Origin: Eledone cirrhosa
Taxonomy: Eukaryota
Length of the DNA: 64,000 nucleotides
Assembly: GCA_964016885.1 (NCBI GenBank)
Contig: OZ024741.1
Coordinates: 146,630,001 to 146,694,000, forward strand
Direction: 5' to 3'
Below, piece after piece: positions 13,281-26,685 of the stretch. Within the stretch, counting starts at the first letter, position 1. Every line of letters begins with the position of its first letter. The notes under the pieces were generated by a model, which searched no databases, had not been told where the DNA came from, and was given only the letters and a program-made list of their open reading frames with translations. The position numbers and the translations under genes are program-made.

Positions 13281-13860
13281 CCATCATCATCACTGTTTTA
13301 TGTCTATTTGCTATGCTTATATTGGTTAGACAGGTTGTCATGTTCTGAAGCTAGACAGCTCAGATGACTTAGTTTTATTTATACATTCCATTGTGGCATG
13401 GTTTCAACAACTAGATGCTTTCCTAATACCTATCATGTCACAATGTTTTCAGGGTGTGCTTTATTGTAGCCTCACCATCTAACAGACTAGACTAGAGGCA
13501 TTTTATCATGGCAACAGCACTACAACTCTACAGTGTGGATCAAGTGCATTTTATTGTGGTACCCACACTACCACTCTACAGTGTTGGTTGGGTGTATTTT
13601 ATTATGGCATCAGCCCTACCGCTCAACAGTGTGGACTAGGTGTATTTTATCATGCTGCCAGTAATGTTACTCTACAGTGTGGTCCAGCTGCATTTCATCA
13701 TGGAACCAGCACTATCACTTTACATTGTGGGGTGGCTGCATTTTATTGAGGCACCAGCACTACAACTGAACAATGTGGATTTGGTGCATTTTATTGTGTG
13801 ACCAGTACTGCCACACTACAGTGTGGGCCAGCTGCATTATATTGTGGCACTAACACATTG
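13281..13860 (-). mobile_element. Old RTE-type 3' UTR fragment with an expanded 48-bp array
   Basis: (TCA)n tail at 13283-13292, decayed UTR, then the array described in the next feature. Confidence 0.75.
13482..13860. repeat. Tandem array of eight 48-bp units
   Basis: Unit starts at 13482, 13530, 13578, 13626, 13674, 13722, 13770 and 13818 (exact 48-nt period); approximate consensus ACAGTGTGGACTGGGTGCATTTTATCGTGGCACCAGCACTACCACTCT. Confidence 0.93.
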
Positions 13861-14169
13861 TAAGTAAACAAATATTGATATTAGTTGTCCTCGTATTTAT
13901 ATTCACAATTATTATTGCCTTGACGTTAACTCATAAAAATAGTAGACTGAATGTATGAAATGTGTATAATATGCACTTTTGTATTTTAACTTGTTTCAGT
14001 TAGTAAATTGTCGCCATAATGGAGCACTACTTTGATTTTAGTCAATCATATAGAAGGTAGTATTTACTTTTTCAATTCTGGGGCTTATTTTATTGAACTC
14101 TTTTTTATCAAACTGCTAACTTACAGGAGACAAAGGCATTATTACAAACATGAACATATATATATATGA

Positions 14170-14330
14170 TAGGCTTCTGCAATTTCCATCTATCAGATTC
14201 AACTCACAAGGCATTGGACAACCCGAGGCTACAGTGAAAGATACTTGCCTAAAGCACCATTTAGTGGGACTGAACCCAGAATCAACTGATTGCAAAGTGA
14301 ACTCCCTACTACTCATCAATGCCTGCAGCT
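14170..14330 (-). mobile_element. Old CORE-type SINE remnant (related copies near 6400-6530, 17243-17400 and 25545-25700)
   Basis: Recurring motif CACAAGGC.TTGG..AACC.GAGGCTA...AAGA.ACTTGCC.AAG. Confidence 0.55.
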
Positions 14331-16369
14331 ATGTATGCATACATATTAACTATCTAAGCACCAGCCTATCTGGAAATAATGTAGTACACCACCTTAAGTA
14401 TTCCACAGATGCAGTCACATTGGAGATAAACTTCTCACAAAAGCAAATTGGAATTAAGAAATAACAGAACACTGACAATAAATTTCATTTTCTTTGGGAG
14501 ACAAGAGTGATTCCCATTTCTTTGGTCATGAAATGGCACATATAAAGAAAATGGTTTGCTTAAATTTATTCCAGTCGTTCAGCAATAAAGTTGAGCTTTT
14601 ATCGGTAAACAGGTTTCCCTCTTGTTACTGCTCTGACAATAATTCCATCAGTTTCTATCAAAGACAAATCGTATTGTGATACTCTCTAATTTGCTATCTA
14701 CTTCTTAGAAAGTGCTACTGGACAGTAAATAAGAAAAGAAGCAACATTGCTGTAGAATTCCTTTGTGTAAAGAAACTAATTTAGTCCAGTTTCTTCAAAG
14801 ATTCAAGCTAGAATCTTGATTTCTGTTAAGAAGTAATCTATCTCTACTTACTTTACGACTAGTAAATAATTGCAGGATAGTGTGTATGTATGTGTGCATA
14901 TCTGTGCATGCATCTGTGTTAGTATGTGTATGTATGTATGTACATAATAACTGTAGTTTTAAATGATTCATCACAGCTGAAGTTAGGAATAGTGACACTA
15001 TATTGCAGCCAGGAAGTACAAAATGCATAAACATGTTAATATGAAATCATATGTGACAATAGAAATCTAATTTCTAAAGAAAAGATGAAATTTTATTTCA
15101 GAAAGTAAGAAAATATTGACTGTAAAAGTTGTTTAAAACAATGTCATCTGGATAAATCAAATTATTTCTACACAAGTATAGCACATTTATAATCATCATC
15201 ATTTTATATATGTTTTCCATGCTGGTATGGGGTGGATGTCAATTCTAGTTCAGTGTTACTGCACTTTTAGATAGGTTAATAACCACATTGCATTTTTTCA
15301 TTCCAGATTTTGGCATGGTTTCTATTGCTGGATGCCCTCTATAACACCAACCATTTTACAGAATGTGCTGGTTGCAATTTATCATAGCAGCATAAGAGAA
15401 GTTGTCATGGTCTTCACAAGACTGAAGAGTTCTTATCTACCCTACGTTGTCTTTGATAATATTAAAAGCAAATATTTCTGCAAAAGTTCCAAATTTTTTG
15501 CAAAACTAATTTTCAATTTCCTTAGTTATGGAAGTTCACCATTGTTAATGCTGGCAGAAAGTTGTGGATAATTCTCTCTCTTTAATTGAAATAAGAGTAA
15601 TATGCAAATTTGATTCTTTGGCTTACTAAGGAGTTTTATTTAACTGTTATCATCATTATGATCAACATCATCACAATTTTATGTCCGTTCTTCCACACTA
15701 GCATGGGTTAGATGGGTTGTCCTGTTGTGGGCAGTGTCTGGTCGGCTGACCTTGTCTTGCTCATATGGGAACGATATGCACATGTTGTCTATGCAGATTT
15801 AGCTGCCCTCCTATGAGGTTGCATATCATAGGATATTTTCTCAGATATTTTCATGCTAGTGTCCCTGGTCCTCTTACAAAAAGTAACATGAAATGAAGTA
15901 TCTTGTTGAAGAACACAAGGCACTGCCTGGTCCAGCAATCAAACCAACAACCTTGTGATCATAAGTCTAACAGCCTAATCACTAAGCCACTGCTGTGAAG
16001 ACAATAGATCAATAGTAGACCTAAAGAAATAATAATATAACTAGTGTATTTTAACTCAGAGATCTAAGTAGATATGTAAATATCCACTTAGCCATTTCAC
16101 ATCTACATAATGAGATGCCAGAGTTGTTTAAAAAGATAACAATATGTACCAAGAAAACTCTATAAAAGGTAAACTGATCTTTGTTTACTATAATGTCAGT
16201 CGATAGCAAGAGCATGGTTATTAGATTATTTCTTTGTTAAGACTTTCCATTCTCCCTCTTTTCAACACCATTTACTGCATATTGAGACTCTAAGCTACTG
16301 GCATTGCATTCACAGCACATTTTGTAGAGAAGTTTAATTTTTTTCCAGAATTTTATTTAAAATTATTGA

Positions 16370-16755
16370 TATGATAAATACAGGAGGATATGTAATTGTG
16401 ATAAATACATATGTGACAATTTATACATGTGTGTATGATATATAAATGAGTGTGTGTGTGAGAAAAATACATACATGGTGTAGATAAATAAATATATGTG
16501 TGATAAGTAAATATGAATGAGTGGGGTAAGTAAATAATCATCAGTGTGATAAATATATATGTATAAGTGTGATAAATATATATACGCATGATTAATATAT
16601 ATGTATAAGTGTGATAAATATATATGTATAAGCATGATAAATATATATGTATAAGCATGATAAATATATATGTATAGGTGTGATTAATATATATGTATGT
16701 GTGTGTTAAATATATGTGTATGTGTGTGTGATAAATATATGTGTGTGATAAATAT
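16370..16755. repeat. Degenerate AT-rich minisatellite of about 23 bp (TGATAAATATATATGTATAAGTG)
   Basis: Repeated TGATAAATATAT cores; similar sequence at 19190-19345. Confidence 0.75.
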
Positions 16756-16859
16756 GACGATGATGGATCCTCCCTTAGTTTAAACATTCAGGTTGTCAAC
16801 CACCTAAAAATTTAATTTTTGAATGAACGGGTATGTGGTTGAATATAACACGGACACAT

Positions 16860-17162
16860 GGAGGCACATAGCTTAGTGGTTAGAGCATTCAATTCTCAGA
16901 CTGGGTGATGTGTTGTTTATTTCACATTGCTCCAGTTTACTCAGCTGTAGAAATGAGATGATAGGGACTGAGGTCCTTATCATTCCACTGCAAAGTGGTC
17001 ATGGAGGTGCCACAGCAAAAAAAGCACCCAGCCCACACTGTAAATGAGGTTGGTGTTAGGAAGGGCATCCAGCTGTAGAAATCAAGCCAGAATCAGTTCC
17101 CACCCCACCCTTGCAAGCAGGGAAAAGTGGACGTAAAATGACGATGATGATGATGATGATGA
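16860..17162 (+). mobile_element. tRNA-CORE SINE family A with deletions in the head
   Basis: Matches the 34754 copy; (GAT)n tail. Confidence 0.85.
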
Positions 17163-17406
17163 CATGTAACTTTAACATTAGAGGTAGACAGAATCAGTGT
17201 AACACAAAATTTAATTTAAATTACTAGTACAATCTATTTAATAGGCTTCCACAGAATTTTTGACTCCCCAATTTCTCTCAGAAAGCTTGGGTTGACCCAG
17301 GTCCATGCTAAAACACACTTGCTCAATATCTTACAAAGTGGTATTGAACCTAGGACTTCATAATTACAAAGCAAATTTCTTAATCATCCAGTCATGCCTG
17401 CATCAA

Positions 17407-17451
<45 letters not shown>

Positions 17452-17521
17452 CAATGAATATATAAATAAGTGTAAGTGTAATAAGTGTATAAATGTGATA
17501 AATATATATTTATTTGATTAA

Positions 17522-17720
17522 TATAAATTCATTGCATTTACATACATATACTTATCACACTTACATAAATATATTTATTGCATTTGCATTTGCACATATA
17601 TATTTACGACTCAAATACACTTATTAAGTGTATTTGAGTCGTAAATATATATGTGCAAATGCAATAAATATATTTGTGTAAGTGTGATAAGTATATGTAT
17701 GTAAATGCAATGAATTTATA
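17522..17720. repeat. Near-perfect 199-bp palindrome
   Basis: Centre at 17624; one substitution and one 6-nt duplication between the arms. Confidence 0.93.
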
Positions 17721-17794
17721 CATATATTAATTAGAATATGTTAGAATCACCAACACAGAGAATAACTGCAACAGCACTCAATTGTTATATAGGA

Positions 17795-18138
17795 TGAAGG
17801 GTAAAGACCCCCTTTGGTCATAAATGACCATAGGATTTACACCTAGAAAGTTTCCCTCTGAGGTACAAGTCTGGGCAAGGTTGTTTATGGAAGATCAGCA
17901 GTCACCTATGCATGCCAGTCTCCCCGCTTCATGCTATTAATGTTGTCCATGGGAATGGCAATGGTCAATATAGCTTGACACCAGTGATGTCACAACTCAT
18001 TTCTACAGCTGAGTTAGCTAGAGCAATGTGAAATAAAGTGTCTTGTTCAAGGATACAATGCACCATCCTGTCCAAGAATCAAACTCATAATCTCCAGATT
18101 GCAAACCCAATACTTTAACCACTAAGCCATGCACCTTC
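17795..18138 (-). mobile_element. Older tRNA-CORE SINE with a different body and tail (related copies near 9865-10170 and 10225-10400)
   Basis: Same tRNA/CORE head as family A followed by a distinct body that recurs elsewhere in the window. Confidence 0.75.
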
Positions 18139-18760
18139 ATTGCTTTATAATAGCTTATAAAATGGGGTAAAATACCCCTAACAATAGAAAAAGTGGCCAG
18201 CAGTTGCTAAGGAGAATCAAACTCTGTATGTCTCTAACTCCAGCTGAATGCTCTAATCATTAAGCTGAGGGGCCTCTATCCACAGATTACATCTGAATTA
18301 CATAGCTATACTGAACAGCTTGGGTGGAAACAATCTTCTATAAAAAAAATCTTTCAAATTTCAGCTGAATGCTCTGTTCTCCTTAGCAGCTGCTGGACAC
18401 TTTTTCCTGTCCATAAAGGCATTTAACCCAGTTTTCTAAGCTATTATTTCTAGCAACCAACTGTTATAGTTGTTTTCTGTGTTTGGGATTCCTACATTTT
18501 CTAAAGAATTTCAAATTACCCACTGCTTTGATAGTTTGTAGAAAAGGTTCTTTACATTCAAGTTGTTCAGTATAGATTATCTAATTCAGACAGAATTTGT
18601 AGCCAGAGGTCCCATAGCTCAATGGTTAGAGCACTCAGCAGGAATTTGAGACATATGGAATTCAATTCTCTGTAGTGGTTACAGGTTTTCTGTGTTCAGG
18701 ATTGCTACATATTCGAAAGAATTACCCAGCACTTCTAAAGTTTGTATAGGAGGTTATATA

Positions 18761-19185
18761 CATCATCATCATCACTCTTTTATGTCCATTCTTCCATGCT
18801 ATCATGGGTTAGACGAATTGTTTTGTTGTGGGAAATGCCAGGTCAGGTGACCATGTTTTGCTCATACAGAACTGATTCTGACTTGATTTCTACAGCTGGA
18901 TGCCCTTCCTAACACCAACCTCATTTACAGTGAGTACTGGGTGCTTTTTATTGTGGCGCCTACACGAACACTTTACAGTGTGGAATAGGTGGAATGGGTG
19001 CGTTTTTGTCGTGACAACTACATGACCACTTTATAGTGGGAGGGTGGGGGCATACTGTCTATATGCTTCAGTTTTGGCTTGCATCCATGGTAAATCAGGT
19101 CTTCTGTATTACTGCGTAATGCCAGAGGTCTCGGTCTTGTGTCATCGCCTTTGAGAGGTGCAATTGGGCAAGATCAGCTTTTACA
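18761..19185 (-). mobile_element. 3' fragment of RTE family 1
   Basis: Collinear with 60180-60597. Confidence 0.88.
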
Positions 19186-20801
19186 TGTGTAAATGTGATA
19201 AATATATATATAGGTCATCATCATTTAAAGTACCCTTTCCTTGTTAGCAAAAGTTGGACTATGTGTATGTGTGATAAGTACATGTGTGTTAAATATATTT
19301 ATGTGATAAATATGTGTGTGTGAGCATGATAATTATATGTGAGATTGTGATGAACATATATTTAAATATTCAGTTAAAGATATTTGATTACATATAAACA
19401 ATGTAGTATATTGTATGAATAGAGGACTCAATGCATGTGTAGAATCTAATATTTGTTGGCAGTAACTCTAAAGATGCAATGCTGTTGATATCTTCAAATT
19501 GTAAATATATACAGCATAGTAAATATATTTGTTCCATGTCAATCAAATTTTAATAAATAATATATCATAAGAAAAGAATATGTATCAAATTTCATTTCAT
19601 ATTTTGCTAGTAAATACAAATATTTATTTTTCATATACTATATACAATACAGAGTTAGTGGAATATATTTTATGTAACTTTATATACAAATATAACTAGC
19701 TTATAACTTATACTTTGCTTTGCTTGGTTTTGTGTTAGTTTTTAAAGTGCCTCACTACATTTATGCAGGGAAATATCAAATATGTGTGTGCATTTGCATA
19801 TACATACAAATGTGTGTGTGTGTGTGTATGTGTGTGTGTGAGTATTTAGATATGGATATATATAATCAGTATATATAGATATTTATTTGGGGAAATATTA
19901 GATTTGAATTTTGAGAACAATAGTTGTCAACAATTAAGGTTTCCAAAGCAGTTTGTTTCTCAGTGGAATCCATTTTATTTCACTTTCAATGCTAATGTTC
20001 TTAGTGAACGTAATAAACATTGTATTGTAAGTGTTCCTGCATACACACAGTATCCACCCCACTCCCCATACATTAGGAGACCCACTTTCTTTTAAGATTG
20101 AGTGCTTTCTGCCTAGATACATCAGATATCAAATTTTATTTTTTTATTTATACAATTTTAATATATATGTGGGATTTTTTGTAGCATACCAACAATAATG
20201 TGAAAATCAACAGATTTTACTCACACACAAAAATACAAGAAAAGAACATTTGGGGAAAAATCATTTCTCTAATCAATAAAGCTTTTCTTGATGAAAGCAT
20301 TTAAATATTGTTCCATCATTCTATAATTTCTGTGTCTTACATTCTCCATATGTATAGCAAACTCTGCTCTTCACATTTTCCTCCTCACACATCACATTAC
20401 TCAATGCACCCATATCTTTACATTTCACCACCATTCATACAATATATATATATCTTTTTAAGACCTGCAGCAAACATTAATAACAGATCTTCACTGTGAA
20501 GACTACCATACAGTGAAAATGGCTTTCATTCTTAATATGTACTTTTAAAGTGCTAAAACTCTGTATACAAAGATCCAGGTTTGTGATGAAATATTTTTGG
20601 AGTTATAACTCATTGCCAAAAACAAAAAGAGAAAAAATAACACATACATTTCCTACAACAATAGCAGAGCTATATTTTCTCTCTAAGTGGTTATAACCAC
20701 AATATATTTTACAAAAAAGGTTGAAATATCCTTAAACTAAATTATTTAATTCAGATGATGTATTAAATATAGAATTTGCTCTATTAATGTAATTTTTTTG
20801 T

Positions 20802-21220
20802 ATCATCAAACATAGTTTGGACACAGCTGGTTTTCCATCACAAATGAAACTGGTAGGGTTAGACAGAAGGGGTGACAAAAGACCAGCCTGTATCACAGAC
20901 TTTTCATTCTGAGGTAGTATCTGGGACATAGCCTCCAATGACATTTTCCCCAGAAGCAAACCTGATGAAGTCAGCATCTTACCTGTGCTTCATTGCACTA
21001 CAGACTGAAGATGTCAGGCTGACAAAGTATTAGCTGTTTTGTTTATAGGTTTCTTATCAAAAGAACAGCATCTTGAAACCCAAAACACCTCTCTAATCAA
21101 TTCAATCAGGATGGAGATGGTTATCTGTAAGAAAGAGCACCATGAACTGGACTGCCTCTTTCAAAATATCACTCTCACCATCCTTTGGAGTAACACATAT
21201 GCCATTTTGTCTGGAGGTAC
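20802..21220 (+). mobile_element. Fossil C-terminus of a CRE-like non-LTR element with restriction-like endonuclease
   Basis: My translation: IIKHSLDTAGFPSQMKLVGLDRRGDKRPACITDFSF*GSIWD...LFQNITLTILWSNTYAILS. This resembles the RPDG..W/F..WD and QRxSxAxxRGNA motifs of CRE-type RLE domains. Confidence 0.65.
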
Positions 21221-22450
21221 AATGAAACATTTATGTAACATGCTGTGATTTCCATTGTTTGATGTATTCACAAAATATTTTCTTATACTATTGAAATGCA
21301 TCTTTCTATACTGATTTACACATTGAAATGTTCCCAGCTTGATAGTCTTATTTGTGAAAATGATGCAGATCATAATGGTGGTTGTAATGGTGATGATGAT
21401 GAAGAAAACGATGATGATGGGGAGGTTTGTGACTATGACAACGATGATCTTGATAAAATAATGATTAAATGAAATGACAACTATGTAGGTTTAGCTGGCC
21501 TCTGAGATTGCACCCCTTAGCTGTTTTAATGACAGTGGCCCCCAGTGCTATTATGTAAAACAAAACAAAATGAAGTGTCTTGCTCAAGAACAAATGCTGC
21601 CTGGTCCAGGAATTGAACCCATTAACCTATGATAATGAATCCAACACCCTAACCACTAGGCCATGTGCCTTGATCATAATGATAGCTATAGAATAATCTA
21701 AATGCCTTTATAATATGTGGTGTTTGTCTGCATGTATAAGGTGATAATGTATTACATCTGTGTGTGTGTGTTCTGGGTGTGTATGTGATTGGGATCCTGC
21801 CATCGAGGTCAAAGGTGACACAAGGAAATGACATAAATTAGTTAATTCTGAATGAATAATATAAATACATGAACAATTCCACCAAAATTAGATGGAAATA
21901 AAACTAAAAAGAAAGTCAAATGCTTCATTGAAAACTAATAGTTGTAATTTTCCATTAGAATTTCTATTGTCCAAGTCACAAATTCAATATAATTTTCCAT
22001 TAAATAAAATTTCATTTTAATTATCTTTCATTGGCATTAAACTAGTTTATAACCATGGAAATATTCCTTTTATTCAATTTTTCATAGATGAATTATATTT
22101 CTGTTTCTTGATTTATTAATCTATTTTGATACAATTTTTTCTATTTTAAGCACAAAACCACACTAGTCTTCTAGAAGACAAAAAATGTAGCTTGAGTACA
22201 TACAATGAAAGGGCAAAGTCAACTATTTTGGTACAATAATTATAGTCAAATATTTTGTAAGAGGAGAGATGTGATTCATTAAATCAACCATAGTACATGA
22301 CTGGTACTTATTTTATCAACTCCTTAGAACAATAAAAGAGTAACATTTTTGTCAGTGGTATCTGAATATCTCAGAAGCATGTTTTCAAATAATACTTGAA
22401 ATTTCGTTTCCCACTCACTCTACAAAATTATTGCCAACCACCGCAGTTTT

Positions 22451-22640
22451 AATAATAATTGTTTCTACTTTTGGCACAAGACCAGCAATAACCCAGTGCA
22501 TTATTGGTACTTTATTTTATCGACCCCGTAAGGATGAAAGGTAAAATTAACCTTGGCGGGATTTGAACTCAGTCCGTAAAGGGACATAACTGTGCTGCAA
22601 AGCATGTCGTCCGACCCTCTACCGATACTGCCAATCCACC
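22451..22640 (-). mobile_element. Full-length SINE family B
   Basis: Reverse-complement match to the 4003 and 56198 copies from head to tail. Confidence 0.85.
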
Positions 22641-24345
22641 AATAATGATTTCTAACATTGTTACACATATTGGAAGACAGGTAAAGAGGATTGTATTGGT
22701 CTTGACACATGACTTAGGCTTTATTTTATTTACCCTGAAAATATAAAAATGCATGGTTGACAGAGGCAAGATTTAACTGAAAATATAAGGAGATGCAACC
22801 CAATACTTCAAGTTCAAACAATTTGTAACTAAGAGAGAAAACCAATAATATACACAGATAATCATCATCATATAATGTCTGTTTTCTCTTCTAGCAAAGG
22901 TTGGACAGATCATCATAGATCAAGTCAGCACTTAATCAGAGTTACCAACGTCTCAGACTGGTTGGGTATTTCCTTCTCAGTTACATTTTTCGGTACACTG
23001 GGTACATCTTATCAGGGCACCAGAACTAGGGAACTTGTGTCAGCTGAAGAGTCTTTCCAACCCTTTGGTAGGCATCGTTTTTATGACTGGATGCTGTTTC
23101 TATCCCTAACCATTTAACAGAGTGTACTGTGTGTGTTTTATTGTGTTACCAACCCTAGAGAGTTTTACATGTCCTTGACACAACTGAAGATTTCTCAACC
23201 CTTTTTGGCATAGTTTCTATGGCTGGTTGCCCTTTCTAATTTATTAATATAAAAATATAAACCAAAAATCAAATCACAGCATACCTAAAGATAACTATGA
23301 CAACAACAAAGCCTAAATTGCTAAATAATTTATTAGTCTGGCATTAGAAATTATACTAATACACCCATGATGCGTTGTAACTACTGCAAAGCACATGAAT
23401 AAAATGCCACCACAATCATACTTATTCTGAAGATGGGGCTGTGGTGATCTTGAATTAATAGATTTATCAATGCTCAAACAAGGAATTAGAAAGAAAATAT
23501 GAAGCATCTTTAATAAAAAATGCACAAAATCTGAACTTAATCATAATTTTGATGTAATGAGTTTCAAAGAAAAGTTGTTCCATATATACACACACACACA
23601 TGTGTGTAAACACAGGCACACATACACATCTATATATATATACACCCACACATATTTATGAATATAAATAAGGGGGTGCTTGCATATGTATGTGTGTGTG
23701 CCTTTTCACACACATTCACACACATATATATGTACATATATAGATAGATAGATATGTATGTGTGTGTAAATATATATAGTCAATATATATATATATATAT
23801 GTATATATATACATATTTATATATATGAAAACAGATCTCTTATAGTAAGCAACATTTTAGTTTAAAAAGCACATATATATTTACTGAGCAATATTGGAGA
23901 GGAGAGAGGAGAGGCATGTTGGGGGAGAGGGAACAGATCTCGCAGAGAGAATGTCAGGCTATGAAATAGAACATAAACATAAATATAAATGATTAGCAAA
24001 TAAAGGATAGTTTAGCAGGAGGTGGAAGAGATAAAAAGCAATTATCTTGATTTTATAGATTCTATATAAGGTGAAATGGAGAAACCATGGCAGCCTTCCA
24101 TCAACTGGCAATCAATTACTAGATTTTGTCTTTCTTTCTGTCTCTCTTTCTCGCTCTCTCTCTTACACAAAGACACACATATTTAGATAGATACACACAC
24201 AGACACATATATGTGTGTATATATGTATATATGCGTATATGTATGTTTATATATTTATATATATGTATGTTTGTATATATATATATATATATGAATGTGT
24301 ATGCATATGTATATAGATATATATATATATATATATAAATGTACG

Positions 24346-24408
<63 letters not shown>

Positions 24409-24925
24409 ATTTATATATAAATGCATATGTAGATACACACACATATTTATACACATACACACACTCAAAGAGAATTTTACAGAGAAACCTAATCACATAC
24501 TCAACATGTATGTAGACACCCTCATTGATACCCTTACACATATACTCATTCAAGTACACTCATAAACACACATAGACACACTAATACTAATATACTATTC
24601 AATATTCATATTTATACTCTAACAAAATAAATGGTTGCTATAAAACATTCTTCTGTTTAGTAAGTTGATCTCTGAGTCAGTTCTGGGGTCAAGTTTTCCC
24701 TTGATAAATTTCCGGTTTTTTTATTTTTATTTTTTATATAATAATTTAATCAAAAGAGGAAGAGATGCAGTATCATGGGCTTTTGTATATTCTCTCAGAC
24801 TGGGGCCGATTGATGTAGTTAATGTTCAGCTTGAATCTTTATTTAATAGAGGTTGGTGTCTATATCCCTTAAATTGAAAACGCCTGAAAATACACCCATT
24901 TCTACAATACAAAAGTATGTTTTAA

Positions 24926-25180
24926 CCCTTTCATTATATTTCTAATGAAATACAATGCCTATTATTTTTAATTATTCTAAAAATAAGAATTTGGTAGGAT
25001 TAAGTAATATGACTTTCTCATTATTAAGCTAGTGTGTGGAGCATAACTAAACAAAGGTTCTTACATAAAATTATGAAAAAAGTTTTTTTGAGATTAATAG
25101 TTATTAATCTGGCACTGGAAATTTTATAATAATCATTTTTAAATTGATCGCTGGTTACAAGCAGGTTGATAGCAAAAGGG
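24926..25180. mobile_element. piggyBac-type MITE
   Basis: TTAA|CCCTTT...AAAAGGG|TTAA, with an AT-rich body like the 48183 copy. Confidence 0.7.
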
Positions 25181-26044
25181 TTAAAAGTTACTTTAATTAT
25201 TGTCACTATAAAATATCTATTGTGAAAATCTGGGAGGTGAATCACAATAAGGATGATGGAATGTTCTAAGAAGGGTGAGATGAGATGAAATAGATGAGTC
25301 TGTATAATTCAGAAAAGAGGCCATTTTAGTAACAATGAAATGGACTCTGTCGATGCTGAGTATTTAGTTAAGTGTCCATCAATGAGCGTTCATCATTTAG
25401 GTGATGAGTGATACAGTTGTTCAATCAAAGTGTAAACAGTTTAGCATTTCACAGACATGTATTCTTACCGTAACTCTCAGGAAGATTCAGCATGTTACAG
25501 TGTGACAATATTAACCCTTTGAAATACAGGTAGATGCAACTGAGAGGCTTCCAAATAATATCTGCCTACTTCCAATTTCACTTACAAGGCCTGGGTTAAC
25601 CTGAGGCTCAGGTAAATGACACTTGTCCAAGATGACCACTATGGGATCAAATCTAGGATCTTATTGTAAAGCTAACTTTATTTTACTATGTGGATGCAGT
25701 CATGCACATAGTAACATTAAAAGAGGTTAAGAGAAGAAACAGAATATCTGTTTTGTGCCTCTGGTTAATGGTGTATGAATCTTCGCCAGTCAGTGAAACA
25801 ACACAAATGTGTTGTTTCTTCCTTTTCCATCTTCTCTCTTGTCACAATGGCTTCTGTTCATCTAAGTCAGTTTATTACATACTAACTGAGGTACCCAGTA
25901 ATACCTGGGAGCAGGGGTATTCCCAGTTCCCATTAAAATGCCCAATGCCTCTCAGACCAAAAATGAAATCAAAATATAGGACAGATAATCAAAAGCGAAG
26001 ACAAATTCATTTACGAAACAATAATAGAAACAAATATTGTTGAT

Positions 26045-26685
26045 TACATTGGTCAGGCGAAAAAATGTTTGTCAGAGAAGTTGAGTGTTGCTATAAGGAA
26101 AAAAATAGAACCCCCATTAGGGTGTCTTAATATTATTGAAATTTGCTGAAATTTTGTGAATAGGCATCATATCTTGATCAAAGGGAAAACATTTTCAGCA
26201 GGGGTTTTCGGGGGGGGGGGGGGCACCCAGGGAACCCTTTGATTAAAATAAAATATACTTATCCAAGTACCCTGGGCAATGTAGTTTCAGAATATATTTG
26301 GTTATGGGGGTCTATCTCCAAAACCATAGGAGGAGTTCGTGAAATCTTGTTCCATTTATTGACCAAAATTTTCACTATAAGGGGTTTAACCCACATTAGG
26401 GTGTTTTAATTTTATTGAAATTTGTTGAAATTTTGTGAATAGGCATCATATCTTCCCATTTCCCTATGGTTTAAATTTCATATAAATCAAAGGGAAAAGA
26501 CTAAGCGGGGGTTTTCAGCAGGGGTTTGAACCGCCGGGGAACCCTTTGATTAAATATATGTAAGAAATCAAATGGGTATGAGCCCCACACACGTGTCAAG
26601 TTTCATCAAGATTGGTTTGGTAGTTTTTGAGATTTAGGTTCACAAACAAACAAACAGACAGAAATTGCCATTTATGTATATAGAT
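26045..26685 (+). mobile_element. Non-autonomous Helitron-like element with an internal duplication of about 280 bp
   Basis: Direct repeat at 26114-26250 and 26394-26555; 3' end AAGTTTCATCAAGATTGG...ACAAACAAACAGACAGA...TATATAGAT resembles invertebrate non-autonomous Helitrons. Confidence 0.5.

Noticed and set aside
13482-13860. CRISPR-like array
   Set aside because: The whole 48-bp unit is homologous between copies, with no unique spacers and no cas genes; the context is eukaryotic and the unit derives from the RTE 3' UTR.
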